Below are positions 12,340-22,445 of a stretch of 64,000 nucleotides of DNA, in pieces. How positions within the stretch are numbered: the stretch's first letter is position 1; each line of letters begins with the position of its first letter. The stretch lies in assembly GCA_963676835.2 (NCBI GenBank), contig CAXXFF010000002.1:608001-672000 (forward strand). The letters are read 5' to 3'. Both the position numbers and the translations under genes were made by a program. The DNA comes from Marispirochaeta sp. (GTDB lineage: Bacteria > Spirochaetota > Spirochaetia > JC444 > Marispirochaetaceae). The notes under the pieces are model-generated. The model saw nothing but the letters and a program-made list of their open reading frames with translations. It had not been told where the DNA came from and did no database searches.

Positions 12340-13512
12340 ATGTCAAATAGATCCTATCTCTTCACTTCCGAAAGTGTCTCGGAAGGTCATCCGGATAAAC
12401 TTGCAGACCAGGTTTCAGATGCTGTACTTGATGCCTGTCTTCAGGGAGATCCCAATTCAAAAGTTGCCTGCGAAACCTTTACCACCACAGGAATGGTACT
12501 GGTTGGAGGCGAAATAACCACCAACACCTATGTGGATATCCAGGAAGTTGCCCGGGGTGTAGCCAAGAAAATCGGCTATGATAAACCAGAATACGGCCTT
12601 GATTATGAATCCATGGCAGTAATGAACACCATCCACAGTCAGAGTCCTGATATTAATCAGGGAGTTGTCGGCCATGGCCTTAAAGAGTTTGAAGGACAGC
12701 AGGGTGCAGGCGATCAGGGAATGATGTTCGGCTTTGCCTGCTCAGAAACCGAAGAACTGATGCCGGCTCCCATTTCCCTTGCTCATAAACTGCTGCTGCA
12801 TGCTGCAGATATCCGTAAAAGCGGAAAACTGACATGGCTCCGACCGGACTCAAAAAGCCAGGTTACCATTGAGTATGACGGACATACACCGAAAAGGATT
12901 GATACTGTTGTTATCAGTCACCAGCACGATGACGGAATCGGTTATGACGAACTTAAATCTGAGATCATTGCCAAGATTGTCAAACCCATACTTGAGCCTA
13001 CCGGACTGCTGAATGAGGATACCAAGTACTTCATCAACCCTACCGGCCGATTCGTAATCGGCGGCCCCCACGGTGACTCCGGGCTGACAGGGCGGAAGAT
13101 TATTGTTGACACCTACGGTGGTATGGGCCGACACGGTGGCGGTGCCTTTTCCGGTAAAGACCCCAGCAAGGTAGACCGTTCAGCAGCCTATATGGCCCGC
13201 TATGTGGCAAAAAATGTGGTTGCTGCTGGTCTGTGTGAACGATGTGAAGTTCAGCTCTCCTACGCTATCGGAGTTCCTTTTCCGGTGAGTGTAATGGTAG
13301 AGGATTTTGGTACTGCAAATGTTGATATCACGAAGATTGAAACCGCGGTTAAGGATATTTTTGACCTCACTCCGGGAGGAATCGTTAAAACCCTCGATCT
13401 GCTGCGTCCGATTTACCAGGAGACAGCCGCCTACGGTCACTTCGGCCGGGACAGCTTTCCCTGGGAAAAGACAGATAAGGCTGCAGAGCTGAAAAGCGCC
13501 TGTGGAGCTTAA
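12340..13512 (+). CDS. metK: S-adenosylmethionine synthetase
   Basis: [28 protein letters not shown]. Confidence 0.98.
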   Translation: MSNRSYLFTSESVSEGHPDKLADQVSDAVLDACLQGDPNSKVACETFTTTGMVLVGGEITTNTYVDIQEVARGVAKKIGYDKPEYGLDYESMAVMNTIHSQSPDINQGVVGHGLKEFEGQQGAGDQGMMFGFACSETEELMPAPISLAHKLLLHAADIRKSGKLTWLRPDSKSQVTIEYDGHTPKRIDTVVISHQHDDGIGYDELKSEIIAKIVKPILEPTGLLNEDTKYFINPTGRFVIGGPHGDSGLTGRKIIVDTYGGMGRHGGGAFSGKDPSKVDRSAAYMARYVAKNVVAAGLCERCEVQLSYAIGVPFPVSVMVEDFGTANVDITKIETAVKDIFDLTPGGIVKTLDLLRPIYQETAAYGHFGRDSFPWEKTDKAAELKSACGA

Positions 13513-13540
13513 ACTACACTAATCTTACAATTAACAGATG

Positions 13541-13572
13541 GCTGTCCTGGAATGTACCGGGGCAGCTTTTTT
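13541..13572 (+). terminator. Probable intrinsic terminator after metK
   Basis: GCTGTCCTGG-AATGTA-CCGGGGCAGC stem (with G-U pairs) followed by TTTTTT. Confidence 0.75.
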
Positions 13573-13575
13573 GTT

Positions 13576-13637
13576 ACAGGATGTACAGGATAGGAAGGAT
13601 ATAAAAAATAATATTTATACTATCCTTCCTGCCATGT
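13576..13637. repeat. Left hairpin repeat flanking the GxxExxY gene
   Basis: ACAGGATGT-ACAGGATAG-GAAGGAT (13576-13600); AGGAAGGATA pairs perfectly with TATCCTTCCT (13621-13630). Confidence 0.8.
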
Positions 13638-13686
13638 TTTTTGCTGTTTGTTGAATCAAATCTACAGATTCGCGGTAATAACAGTT

Positions 13687-14109
13687 ATGCAGTCTGTTTC
13701 AATCCTGGATAATATCACTGAAATGATAATTGGAGCATCTTTCGAAGTTATAAATGAACTTGGATCAGGGTTTCTTGAAAAAGTTTATGAAAATGCCCTG
13801 TGTAGAGAACTTGAACAACAAAGGTTAAAAGTTGATCAGCAGAAAAAACTTGATGTCTGGTATAAAGGATCCTGTGTTGGACAATACCGGGCTGATTTGC
13901 TGGTAAATAACCAGATAATCGTTGAATTAAAAGCTGTAAAACACTTAGAGCCTATAAATTCTGCTCAGGTAATTAATTATTTGAAAGCATCAAATTATCC
14001 CTTGGGATTATTGATAAATTTTGGCAATCCAAGACTCGAAATCCGACGTTTATTCAATAGAAACGATAGGAATCAACAAGATATACAGGTTAGGAAGGAT
14101 CTGTGTTAA
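13687..14109 (+). CDS. GxxExxY family protein (PD-(D/E)XK nuclease superfamily)
   Basis: LGSGFLEKVYENAL, YRADLLV..IIVELKAV, QVINYLKA, GLLINFG; start chosen at ATG 13687. Confidence 0.92.
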   Translation: MQSVSILDNITEMIIGASFEVINELGSGFLEKVYENALCRELEQQRLKVDQQKKLDVWYKGSCVGQYRADLLVNNQIIVELKAVKHLEPINSAQVINYLKASNYPLGLLINFGNPRLEIRRLFNRNDRNQQDIQVRKDLC

Positions 14110-14143
14110 TTCCTTTTCATCCTTCCTATCCTCCCCATCTTGT
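14076..14143. repeat. Right hairpin repeat flanking the GxxExxY gene
   Basis: ACAAGATAT-ACAGGTTAG-GAAGGAT (14076-14100; 22/25 identical to the left copy), 18-nt loop, inverted arm ATCCTTCCTATCCTCCCCATCTTGT (14119-14143). Confidence 0.85.
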
Positions 14144-14146
14144 CCC

Positions 14147-15139
14147 CTATTTCTTCCACTCCCCTGCATCTAGTCCGGATTTAACCTCCTTAAACTGATC
14201 CGCAGTAAACTGGGCTCCCTTCACGGTGACAATCCTGCTGGCAAGCCATGAGGCGCAGTAACCTGACTCTTCCGCAGACAATCCCTGGCTGAGCCCGTAA
14301 AGAAATCCTGCAGCGTAGGTGTCCCCTGCTCCGGTTGAGTCCACAGCATCAACCTTGAATACGGGAATCTGAAAATCCTCTGTTCTGGTATGGACAATGG
14401 ATCCCCGGGAACCGTCTTTAACCACGGCGATATCACAGACCCGGCCAAGACGATCAACACAGCCTTCCAGGGTATCACAGCCGTAGAGAATTTTCGCTTC
14501 TTCACAGTTTGCAAACAGGATATCCACATGGTTATTCAGAAGATCGATAAAATCATCCCGGTTGCGGGTTACCGCAAAAGGGTCGGCCACATCAAATACA
14601 ACCTTTGTATTCCCTTCCCGGCAGACTTCTATAGCCTTGAGAATAGCGGCTTTCTGCTCCTCCGTATCCCACATATAACCGGTAAAATAGAAATAGTCGG
14701 CATTGTAGACCATCTCCACATCAAGGTCAGCCAGGGAAAATTCCCGGTTTGCACCGAGATAGGTATTCATGGTTCGCTCTGTATCCGGGGTAATCAGGAT
14801 TATACTTGAACCGGTTGCCTCATCTCCCTGTTTCAGGGTCGATTTAGGGGAAATCTCCTTCAGCATCCTTATATACTCATTTCCTTCCTTATCCCTGCCT
14901 ACCTTACCGCCGACTGCGGCTTCTACACCGAGGGATGCCAGGGTAATAATGGTGTTGGGACAGGAGCCGCCACAGCGGTATTCTATGGGGCGGCCCTCCA
15001 GTGTGCTGAGTATGCGGGAGCGTTCATCCAGGTCAATCAGGTGCATGGTTCCCTTGGATAGACCGAGGGTTGTAATATCCTGTTCTTCAACCTGAATGAG
15101 AATATCGATCAGGGGATTGCCGATGCCGAATATGTTCAT
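14147..15139 (-). CDS. PfkB-family kinase, adenosine-kinase-like
   Basis: GIGNPLID, GGSCPNT, ERTMNTYLGA, DSTGAGDTY. Confidence 0.85.
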   Translation of the reverse strand: MNIFGIGNPLIDILIQVEEQDITTLGLSKGTMHLIDLDERSRILSTLEGRPIEYRCGGSCPNTIITLASLGVEAAVGGKVGRDKEGNEYIRMLKEISPKSTLKQGDEATGSSIILITPDTERTMNTYLGANREFSLADLDVEMVYNADYFYFTGYMWDTEEQKAAILKAIEVCREGNTKVVFDVADPFAVTRNRDDFIDLLNNHVDILFANCEEAKILYGCDTLEGCVDRLGRVCDIAVVKDGSRGSIVHTRTEDFQIPVFKVDAVDSTGAGDTYAAGFLYGLSQGLSAEESGYCASWLASRIVTVKGAQFTADQFKEVKSGLDAGEWKK

Positions 15140-15301
15140 GGGATCTCCGTTGGTTTGGTTTTCAGGCAGTATATTCGATCATAGAATAAGTTAGAAGACA
15201 GGCCATTGTCAGTCTAACCATGGAATAAGGTAGGCTTCTTTAATTGATTTCTAAAAAAATAATCACAGTAATCTCATCTGTGAAAGGATTCATTATAATG
15301 C

Positions 15302-16306
15302 ATGGAATCGCGCAGACAAAGATTATTTCTACATATCGGGTATCCAAAAACAGCAACAACAGTACTGCAGAAGCATTATTTTCCCAAGCTTAAAGATATT
15401 TTTTATGCTGGAATCAATTATAACAGTAACCCGAAATTTCTGGTTTCCGAAACTGCGGTCGAATGTCTTGTGCATGGAGATGTTGATAAGGCGCGAAAGC
15501 TGAGGCTTTCAATATCGGAATCTCTGGCAAAGGAGTCTGCAGGTAAAGATATTCTCTTCGCGTTTGAAAAAATCATCGGAAGCATCTTTACACCGCGTAG
15601 AACCCCCGGAGGACGCTGGCATTATACTTCCCCCGAACAGGCGGTGGAGACCATCAGGGCTCTGTTTGATCCTGAAATTTTTGATCTTGTTTTTATAATA
15701 ACCATCAGAAACCAGGCAGAATTAATTCCATCCAAGTACGCACAGTCTTTCAGCAGTGCATATTCACGATTTAACGAATATTCGACCTTTGAGAAATTTA
15801 TAAAAAGGATATATGAAGACTCTGAGAGCAATATCCGGTCGGGGTTTGACTATAACAGGGTTATACAGTGTTTCGAAGGGAAATTCGGACAGGACCGGAT
15901 AAATATTCTGCTGTTTGAGCAGTTTGATGAATCCCCTGACATTTTTCTTCAGCAATTATGTGCAGTTATCGGTATTGAACACGACCGGAATAATTATGCT
16001 GGACATCAAAGGGAAAATGTTCGAAGTAGCAGTGATGGAATCAGATCACACACACCTGTTTCCTTACTGAATAAACTTGGAGATTTGCAGCGGAGATTTT
16101 TTCCCTGGTTAAAACTGAGGACTCCCAAGGTTTTTAAACCGCTGGGTCGGCTGCGTTTTCCCCGGCAAAAAAATCCCGGGGAAATACGATTGAGCACAGA
16201 AAAGAAGCAACAGATTTTAAGTATTTACGATAGTTCGAACAGACAGCTTTCTCAGCGTTTTGGTCTCAACCTGGAACAGTACAACTACTTTCCTATAGAT
16301 AGCTGA
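15302..16306 (+). CDS. Sulfotransferase-like P-loop protein
   Basis: LFLHIGYPKTATT (5'-PSB-like motif), IIT.RNQ, LLFEQF; next to PAPS genes. Confidence 0.7.
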   Translation: MESRRQRLFLHIGYPKTATTVLQKHYFPKLKDIFYAGINYNSNPKFLVSETAVECLVHGDVDKARKLRLSISESLAKESAGKDILFAFEKIIGSIFTPRRTPGGRWHYTSPEQAVETIRALFDPEIFDLVFIITIRNQAELIPSKYAQSFSSAYSRFNEYSTFEKFIKRIYEDSESNIRSGFDYNRVIQCFEGKFGQDRINILLFEQFDESPDIFLQQLCAVIGIEHDRNNYAGHQRENVRSSSDGIRSHTPVSLLNKLGDLQRRFFPWLKLRTPKVFKPLGRLRFPRQKNPGEIRLSTEKKQQILSIYDSSNRQLSQRFGLNLEQYNYFPIDS

Positions 16307-16324
16307 CACTTAATTGGAGTTATA

Positions 16325-17149
16325 ATGCTGCGGGTAAAATATACGGTTAACCCGGTTTCAATAAGCAAACTTATTGACCGGGGATTTAAGGCTTTTTCAA
16401 ACAATTTAAGCTATTACAGTGTAAAGGACCTTCAGGTTGATCGGCATCTTGGATTTATTGCCGGGTGCGGACACAGCGGGACTACACTCTTAACAGCAAA
16501 GCTGAGTAATCACCCGGCGGTTTTTACCGTGGGAAGAGAAAGTAATAATTTTTCTCCCTTACGCAATCTCTATTTTTCCAGAGAAATCGTCAGGGAATGG
16601 TGCTTTACCGCAGAACAGTATGGAAAAAGTCATGTTATAGAAAAGACACCTAAGCATGTACATGTTTTAAACCGGATTTTAAGAATTGCTCCGGAAGCAA
16701 AAATTATCCTGATGATACGGAATCCCCTGGATACCTGCAGTTCTTTATATAAGAGGTTTAATAGCGTCAGCACTGCGGTCAAACGGTGGAACCTTGATAA
16801 TCAGGCTGTCCTTTCTAATATAGAGAAGTATTCTAACTCAGTACTTGTTATCCGCTATGAAGACCTTACGGAATGCCCGGAAAAGAGTATGGAAAAGATA
16901 GTACAATTCCTTGATTTGCCCTGGGATGAAATCATACTGTCCGCGGGAGAAACTGTATTTGATAAAACGTCTCTCCGCAGCAAAACAATGCAGCTGCGCC
17001 GGGATCAGGTACAAACTGCTATCAGATCAAATACCGGTAACTACCGGGAGAATCTATCCCCGGACCAGTCTGAACTGGTACTGAAGAAGACAGGCGCCGT
17101 TGCCCGTTCACTCGGCTATGATGAAGAATTCTACAGGGAATTTCTATGA
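16325..17149 (+). CDS. Sulfotransferase family protein
   Basis: GCGHSGTTLL, IEKTP, MIRNPLD..SS, IRYEDL. Confidence 0.85.
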   Translation: MLRVKYTVNPVSISKLIDRGFKAFSNNLSYYSVKDLQVDRHLGFIAGCGHSGTTLLTAKLSNHPAVFTVGRESNNFSPLRNLYFSREIVREWCFTAEQYGKSHVIEKTPKHVHVLNRILRIAPEAKIILMIRNPLDTCSSLYKRFNSVSTAVKRWNLDNQAVLSNIEKYSNSVLVIRYEDLTECPEKSMEKIVQFLDLPWDEIILSAGETVFDKTSLRSKTMQLRRDQVQTAIRSNTGNYRENLSPDQSELVLKKTGAVARSLGYDEEFYREFL

Positions 17150-17952
17150 TCGAAGCGGCAATCCGGATAATTCTCCAGGCCGGCAGTGCCATCCTGAAAG
17201 TATATACAACAGAATTTACTGTAATAACAAAAACGGATACTTCTCCTTTAACCGAAGCGGATATGAAATCTCACCATATACTTGAAACAGGCCTGAAAGA
17301 CAATTATCCGGTACTTTCGGAGGAAAGTGATGCAGGTTCTTTTGATGACCGCAGGAATTGGTCGACTTTCTGGCTAATAGATCCGCTGGATGGAACCAAA
17401 GAGTTTATTAAGAGGAATGGCGAGTTTACGGTTAATGTTGCTTTAATTGAACATGGAGAACCGGTATTCGGCCTAGTCTATGTACCGGTAACAGATGTGC
17501 TTTATATCGGACATCATGGAAAAGGTGCTTGGATAATAGAGAATGCATCAGCGGCAGATCTGGAAAAATGGGAGAGTTTTGGAAAAAAGCTGCCATGTAA
17601 AACCGATCCCCGTCCTTTTACGATAGTCGCCAGCCGCAGCCACTTGAGTTCTGAAACAGAAAAATATATTGCTGCATTACAGAAAGAGCATCCTGACTGT
17701 GTTTCAGTAAGTGCCGGGAGCTCTCTAAAACTCTGTATGGTTGCGGAAGGAAGTGCAGACATCTACCCGCGTTTTGCTCCGACCATGGAGTGGGATACTG
17801 CTGCAGCGGATGCAGTCTGTCGAGCAGCAGGATGTACGGTTTCTCGCTGGTCTGAAAAAGTGAGCAGACCGGATGGACCCCTAGTATACAACAAAGAAGA
17901 TCTTCACAATCCCTGGTTTATTGTGACCGGTAAAAATGGAATAAAGGGATAA
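17146..17952 (+). CDS. cysQ: 3'(2'),5'-bisphosphate nucleotidase
   Basis: SPLTEAD, IDPLDGTKEFI, SRSH, GSSLK, EWDTAA. Confidence 0.95.
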   Translation: MIEAAIRIILQAGSAILKVYTTEFTVITKTDTSPLTEADMKSHHILETGLKDNYPVLSEESDAGSFDDRRNWSTFWLIDPLDGTKEFIKRNGEFTVNVALIEHGEPVFGLVYVPVTDVLYIGHHGKGAWIIENASAADLEKWESFGKKLPCKTDPRPFTIVASRSHLSSETEKYIAALQKEHPDCVSVSAGSSLKLCMVAEGSADIYPRFAPTMEWDTAAADAVCRAAGCTVSRWSEKVSRPDGPLVYNKEDLHNPWFIVTGKNGIKG

Positions 17953-17955
17953 CGG

Positions 17956-18867
17956 ATGCGGGAATATCAGCGAAATCATCTGCGTGAGCTTGAATCGGAA
18001 GCCGTCTATATTCTGCGTGAGGTAGCAGCCCAGTTTGAACGTCCTGCAATGCTCTTTTCCGGTGGGAAAGACTCCATCTGCATGGCCCATCTTGCCCGCA
18101 AAGCCTTCTGGCCCGGGAAAATTCCCTTTCCCCTGCTGCATGTCGATACGGAGCATAACTTTAAAGAAACGATCGAATACCGGGACTGGTATGTAAAAGA
18201 CGAACTTGGAGCAAACCTGATTGTGCGATCTGTGCAGGATTCCATTGATTCAGGCAGGGTAACAGAAGAGACCGGCCCGAGGGCAAGCAGAAACGGCTTG
18301 CAGACAGTCACATTATTGGATGCATTGAATGAGTTTCAGTTTGACTGTGCCATGGGTGGAGCCCGACGGGATGAAGAGAAAGCCCGGGCCAAGGAGCGTT
18401 TTTTCAGCTTCCGGGACAGCTTCGGCCAGTGGGACCCGAAAAACCAGCGGCCTGAATTATGGAATATCTTTAATACGCAGCATGCTATTGGTGAACATTT
18501 CCGGGTATTTCCCCTGTCCAACTGGACTGAACTGGATGTCTGGCAATATATAGCATTGGAATCAATCCCGATACCAAACCTCTATTTTTCCCATGAGAGG
18601 AAGGTTTTTGAACGGGATGGTGTGCTGCTCTATCATGACCCTGCAATGATAACTCTGCTGCCAGATGAACAGGTGGAAACCATGAGAGTTCGCTGCCGGA
18701 CAATCGGTGATGTAACCTGTACAGGGTTGTCTTTATCTGAGGCCTCGAGTCTTGAGGATATTATTGCAGAAGTGGCCTTCACCCGCACCACCGAGCGCGG
18801 CGGTCGGGCGGATGATAAACGGTCTGAAGCGGCTATGGAAGACCGGAAGAAACAGGGATATTTCTGA
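17956..18867 (+). CDS. cysD: Sulfate adenylyltransferase small subunit
   Basis: LFSGGKDS, GGARRDEEKARAKER, WDPKNQRPELW, KKQGYF. Confidence 0.97.
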   Translation: MREYQRNHLRELESEAVYILREVAAQFERPAMLFSGGKDSICMAHLARKAFWPGKIPFPLLHVDTEHNFKETIEYRDWYVKDELGANLIVRSVQDSIDSGRVTEETGPRASRNGLQTVTLLDALNEFQFDCAMGGARRDEEKARAKERFFSFRDSFGQWDPKNQRPELWNIFNTQHAIGEHFRVFPLSNWTELDVWQYIALESIPIPNLYFSHERKVFERDGVLLYHDPAMITLLPDEQVETMRVRCRTIGDVTCTGLSLSEASSLEDIIAEVAFTRTTERGGRADDKRSEAAMEDRKKQGYF

Positions 18868-20762
18868 TGAGTGGTGCAGCGAATGATTTCAATGTGGAAG
18901 AGTACCTGAACCGGGAGCTCCTGCGTTTTACTACTGCCGGAAGTGTTGATGACGGAAAAAGTACCTTAATCGGCCGGCTTCTGTACGACAGTAAGGCGAT
19001 TTTTCAGGATCAGATGGAGGCCCTGGAAAAAAGCAGCCGTCTGCGGGGAGAGGAATCGGTAAACCTTGCCCTGCTGACTGATGGACTGCGTTCCGAGCGG
19101 GAACAGGGGATCACCATTGATGTAGCCTACCGTTACTTTGCCACCCCAAAGCGTAAGTTCATAATTGCCGATACCCCCGGACATGAACAGTACACCCGGA
19201 ACATGGTTACCGGTGCCTCAACTGCACAGCTTGCGATTATCCTTATTGATGCACGTAATGGAGTCCTGCCCCAGTCCAAGCGTCACGGCATTCTTGCCAG
19301 TCTTCTGGGCATTCCTCATGTAATTGTTGCGGTAAACAAGATGGATGCGGTTGACTGGTCGGAAGAGGTGTACCGGGATATTGTTGAGGAGTACACAGAG
19401 TTTTCGGGGAAGCTGAATATTCATGATATAACCTTTATTCCTATAAGCGCTCTTTTGGGTGACAGTGTTGTCGAGAAGAGCGTGAATATGGACTGGTACG
19501 ATGGCCCGAGTGTGCTGCATCAGCTTGAGAATGTAACCATATCAGCAGATCGTAACCTGATCGATTTCCGCTTTCCGGTACAGTATGTAGTACGACCCCA
19601 CCAGGATTTCCGTGGTTTTGCGGGACGTATTGCAAGCGGAACCATTAAAGTTGGAGAACCGGTTATTACCCTGCCATCGGGACAGGAATCCCGGATTAAA
19701 GAAATAGTGACCTACAATGACACAAGGAAGCTAGAAGCCAGGGCAGGGGACTCAGTCATACTTACCATTGAGGATGAGCGTGATATCAGTCGTGGTGAGA
19801 TGATTGTACGCAAGAATAATGTCCCGGTAACGGGGAGGCATTTTGAAGCGACCATCTGCTGGATGGATGATAGTAAAAGCCTTGAAACCGGGAAGAGCTA
19901 CAGGATTCAGCATACAACCCGGCTGGTAAATGGTGTGATCAAGAAGCTGCGTTATCAGCTGGATGTGAATACCCTGCATCGACTGGATGCGGATACCTTA
20001 AACCTGAACGAAATAGGTCGTGTGGAGATAGAGACGGGGCAGCCCCTGTTTTTTGATCCCTATACCCAGAACCGTGAGACCGGGGGCTTTGTTATTATAG
20101 ATCCAGCATCCAACCTGACCGTAGCAGCTGGAATGATTCGGGGTGGAATAAGTCAGACTGAACGGGAAGAAATTCAGAAGACTCCCAGGGAAAGAAATAT
20201 TCAATGGGAGGCTTTTCCGGTTACCCGGCAGATGCGGGAAGAGAAGAATGGTCATAGAGGGCATTGTTTCTGGTTTACCGGCCTTTCCGGATCGGGGAAA
20301 AGCACTATAGCAAAAGCATTAAGTAAAAAACTGCATGATGAAGGGAAGAAGGTATATGTGCTCGATGGAGATAATATTCGGCATGGGTTGAATGCGGATC
20401 TTGGATTCAGTGAAGAAGACCGGGAAGAGAATATCCGTCGTATAGGGCATGTTGCACGGCTTATGTATGATGCAGGATTTATTGTAATCTGTTGTTTCAT
20501 CAGTCCGAAACAGAGTATGCGGGATGGTGTACGGAACTTGTTTCCCGAAGGGTCCTTCAGTGAAGTGTATATCAAGTGTAATATTGATGAATGTAGACGC
20601 CGGGATCCCAAAGGGCTGTATAAAGCAGCTGAAGAGGGGCTGATTGCTGATTTTACCGGGTTTGGTTCAGCATATGAGGCGCCGGATGAGCCTGATGTTC
20701 TTTTAGATACTCAGAAGCTTAAATCTGAGGTTATATTGTCAGAACTGTTTAAAAAACTGTAA
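18867..20762 (+). CDS. cysNC: Bifunctional ATP sulfurylase large subunit / APS kinase
   Basis: GSVDDGKSTLIGRLL, GITIDVAYRYF; C-terminal WFTGLSGSGKST, LDGDNIRHGL, RDPKGLY. Confidence 0.96.
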   Translation: MSGAANDFNVEEYLNRELLRFTTAGSVDDGKSTLIGRLLYDSKAIFQDQMEALEKSSRLRGEESVNLALLTDGLRSEREQGITIDVAYRYFATPKRKFIIADTPGHEQYTRNMVTGASTAQLAIILIDARNGVLPQSKRHGILASLLGIPHVIVAVNKMDAVDWSEEVYRDIVEEYTEFSGKLNIHDITFIPISALLGDSVVEKSVNMDWYDGPSVLHQLENVTISADRNLIDFRFPVQYVVRPHQDFRGFAGRIASGTIKVGEPVITLPSGQESRIKEIVTYNDTRKLEARAGDSVILTIEDERDISRGEMIVRKNNVPVTGRHFEATICWMDDSKSLETGKSYRIQHTTRLVNGVIKKLRYQLDVNTLHRLDADTLNLNEIGRVEIETGQPLFFDPYTQNRETGGFVIIDPASNLTVAAGMIRGGISQTEREEIQKTPRERNIQWEAFPVTRQMREEKNGHRGHCFWFTGLSGSGKSTIAKALSKKLHDEGKKVYVLDGDNIRHGLNADLGFSEEDREENIRRIGHVARLMYDAGFIVICCFISPKQSMRDGVRNLFPEGSFSEVYIKCNIDECRRRDPKGLYKAAEEGLIADFTGFGSAYEAPDEPDVLLDTQKLKSEVILSELFKKL

Positions 20763-21007
20763 TTCATTTTTAGTCAGTTTCTACCAGTTTCATATCTAAT
20801 TTCCTTGAAAAAAACTATAGCTGTGGTATTATTGTTCGAAGATTGAACAATAATACTTAAGTGATTCCACATATCCCCTCTCTTGCAGGTAGTCTGTTCC
20901 GGCGGCGCCTTGCAAAGTGGGGTTTGAACTCCGTGTATTATATTTTGCAGAAAAATCAGCCTGCAGATGGAACTCCTGTGTCCTTTTTGAATTCCAGAGA
21001 AAGTATT

Positions 21008-21523
21008 GTGAACACCGACGAAAAAGAACTTGAAATCCTTGAAAATATTTATCATTCCTCTTCATCTATCCGGCAACGGGATCTGGCGGAAGTGGTAGGT
21101 CTTTCCCTGGGAATGACCAATGCCATTCTTAAAAGGCTTACAAATAAGGGACTTCTCAAGATAAAAAAGGTCAACAACCGTAATATTCGCTATATTGTTT
21201 CACCGGAAGGTATTGAGGCAATCTCAAAAAAAAGCTACAAATTTTTCAGGCGCACGATTAAGAATGTAGTTTACTACAAAGAGTCTATTGAAAAGATGAT
21301 TTTACACAGCAAAGAACAGGGTTTTGAAGGGATATTTCTGAAAGGAAAGAGCGACCTTGATTTTATTATAGAACACAGCTGCAGAAAAACCGGAATCGAT
21401 TATATCCTCGATCCTGAAATATCAGCAAAAAAAATACGTATTCTTTATGGAGAAAAAGAAACCCCTTCTACTGTAGTTGAAGAAGGAGCCCTTTTTCTTC
21501 AGGATCTGTTTGTAAAAAGCTGA
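21008..21523 (+). CDS. MarR-like winged-helix regulator (EPS-associated type)
   Basis: QRDLAEVVGLSLGMTNAILKRL..KGLLK, YIVSPEG; start uncertain (GTG 21008 chosen, frame open from 20861). Confidence 0.8.
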   Translation: MNTDEKELEILENIYHSSSSIRQRDLAEVVGLSLGMTNAILKRLTNKGLLKIKKVNNRNIRYIVSPEGIEAISKKSYKFFRRTIKNVVYYKESIEKMILHSKEQGFEGIFLKGKSDLDFIIEHSCRKTGIDYILDPEISAKKIRILYGEKETPSTVVEEGALFLQDLFVKS

Positions 21524-21544
21524 AGTAGAGCTTAAGGAGTTTTT

Positions 21545-22432
21545 GTGTCCTTACCAGGAAAACAGCGGGCTAACAGGCCCAGTATCAGTTTTGAATTTTT
21601 TCCTCCAAAAACGGAGAAGGGTTTTGAAAACCTGAAAAGCCGCATAAGTAATGATTTTCTGCCCCTGAAGCCCTCGTATGTTTCCATAACCTATGGAGCC
21701 GGAGGATCAACCCGTGAGTTGACCAAAGAGGCAATTCTGGCGGTTAAAAAACAAACCGGCTTAACAGTGGTTTCCCACCTGACTTGTGTAGGTTCAACAA
21801 AGGCTGAGATTGCCACTATTCTTGATGAATATCAGAAATCCGGAGTGACCGACATCCTTGCCTTGAGAGGAGACCCGCCGAAAGATAGCAGCCCGGAAGC
21901 CGGGTTTCCCGGGGACTTTCCCTACGCGAAAGACCTGGTTGCCTTTATTAAACAGCATGCACCACAGATGAATGTCGGTGTCGCAGGCTTTCCTGAAGGA
22001 CATCCGGCAACACCCAACCGGCTTATGGAAATGGATTACCTGAAAGAAAAGGTTGATGCCGGCGCTGATTATATCTGCACCCAGCTCTTTTTTGACAATC
22101 ATGATTTTTATGATTTCCGTGCCCGCTGTATTCTTGCAGGCATTGAGATTCCCATAATTGCAGGAATTATGCCGGTGGTAAGCCGTGCAAACCTTCAGCG
22201 TATGGCGGAACTTTCTCCGGGAACCCGGTTTCCTGCGGGACTACTGAAAAGTGTCTACCGGGCCCGGAACGATGAGCAGGTTGAGCGGGTGGGGATCCAC
22301 TGGGCAACCCAGCAGGTTATGGATCTTCTGGCGAATGGAGTAGATGGGATTCACCTGTATACCTTGAATCAGTCTAAGGCTACCCGGGAGATCTATCGCT
22401 CCCTGGGAATTGAAGATACGGAACAGCTGTAA
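21545..22432 (+). CDS. metF: 5,10-methylenetetrahydrofolate reductase
   Basis: SFEFFPPK, TYGAGGST, LALRGDPP, TQLFFDN, HLYTLN. Confidence 0.96.
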   Translation: MSLPGKQRANRPSISFEFFPPKTEKGFENLKSRISNDFLPLKPSYVSITYGAGGSTRELTKEAILAVKKQTGLTVVSHLTCVGSTKAEIATILDEYQKSGVTDILALRGDPPKDSSPEAGFPGDFPYAKDLVAFIKQHAPQMNVGVAGFPEGHPATPNRLMEMDYLKEKVDAGADYICTQLFFDNHDFYDFRARCILAGIEIPIIAGIMPVVSRANLQRMAELSPGTRFPAGLLKSVYRARNDEQVERVGIHWATQQVMDLLANGVDGIHLYTLNQSKATREIYRSLGIEDTEQL

Positions 22433-22445
22433 AAAGGATGTAGTA

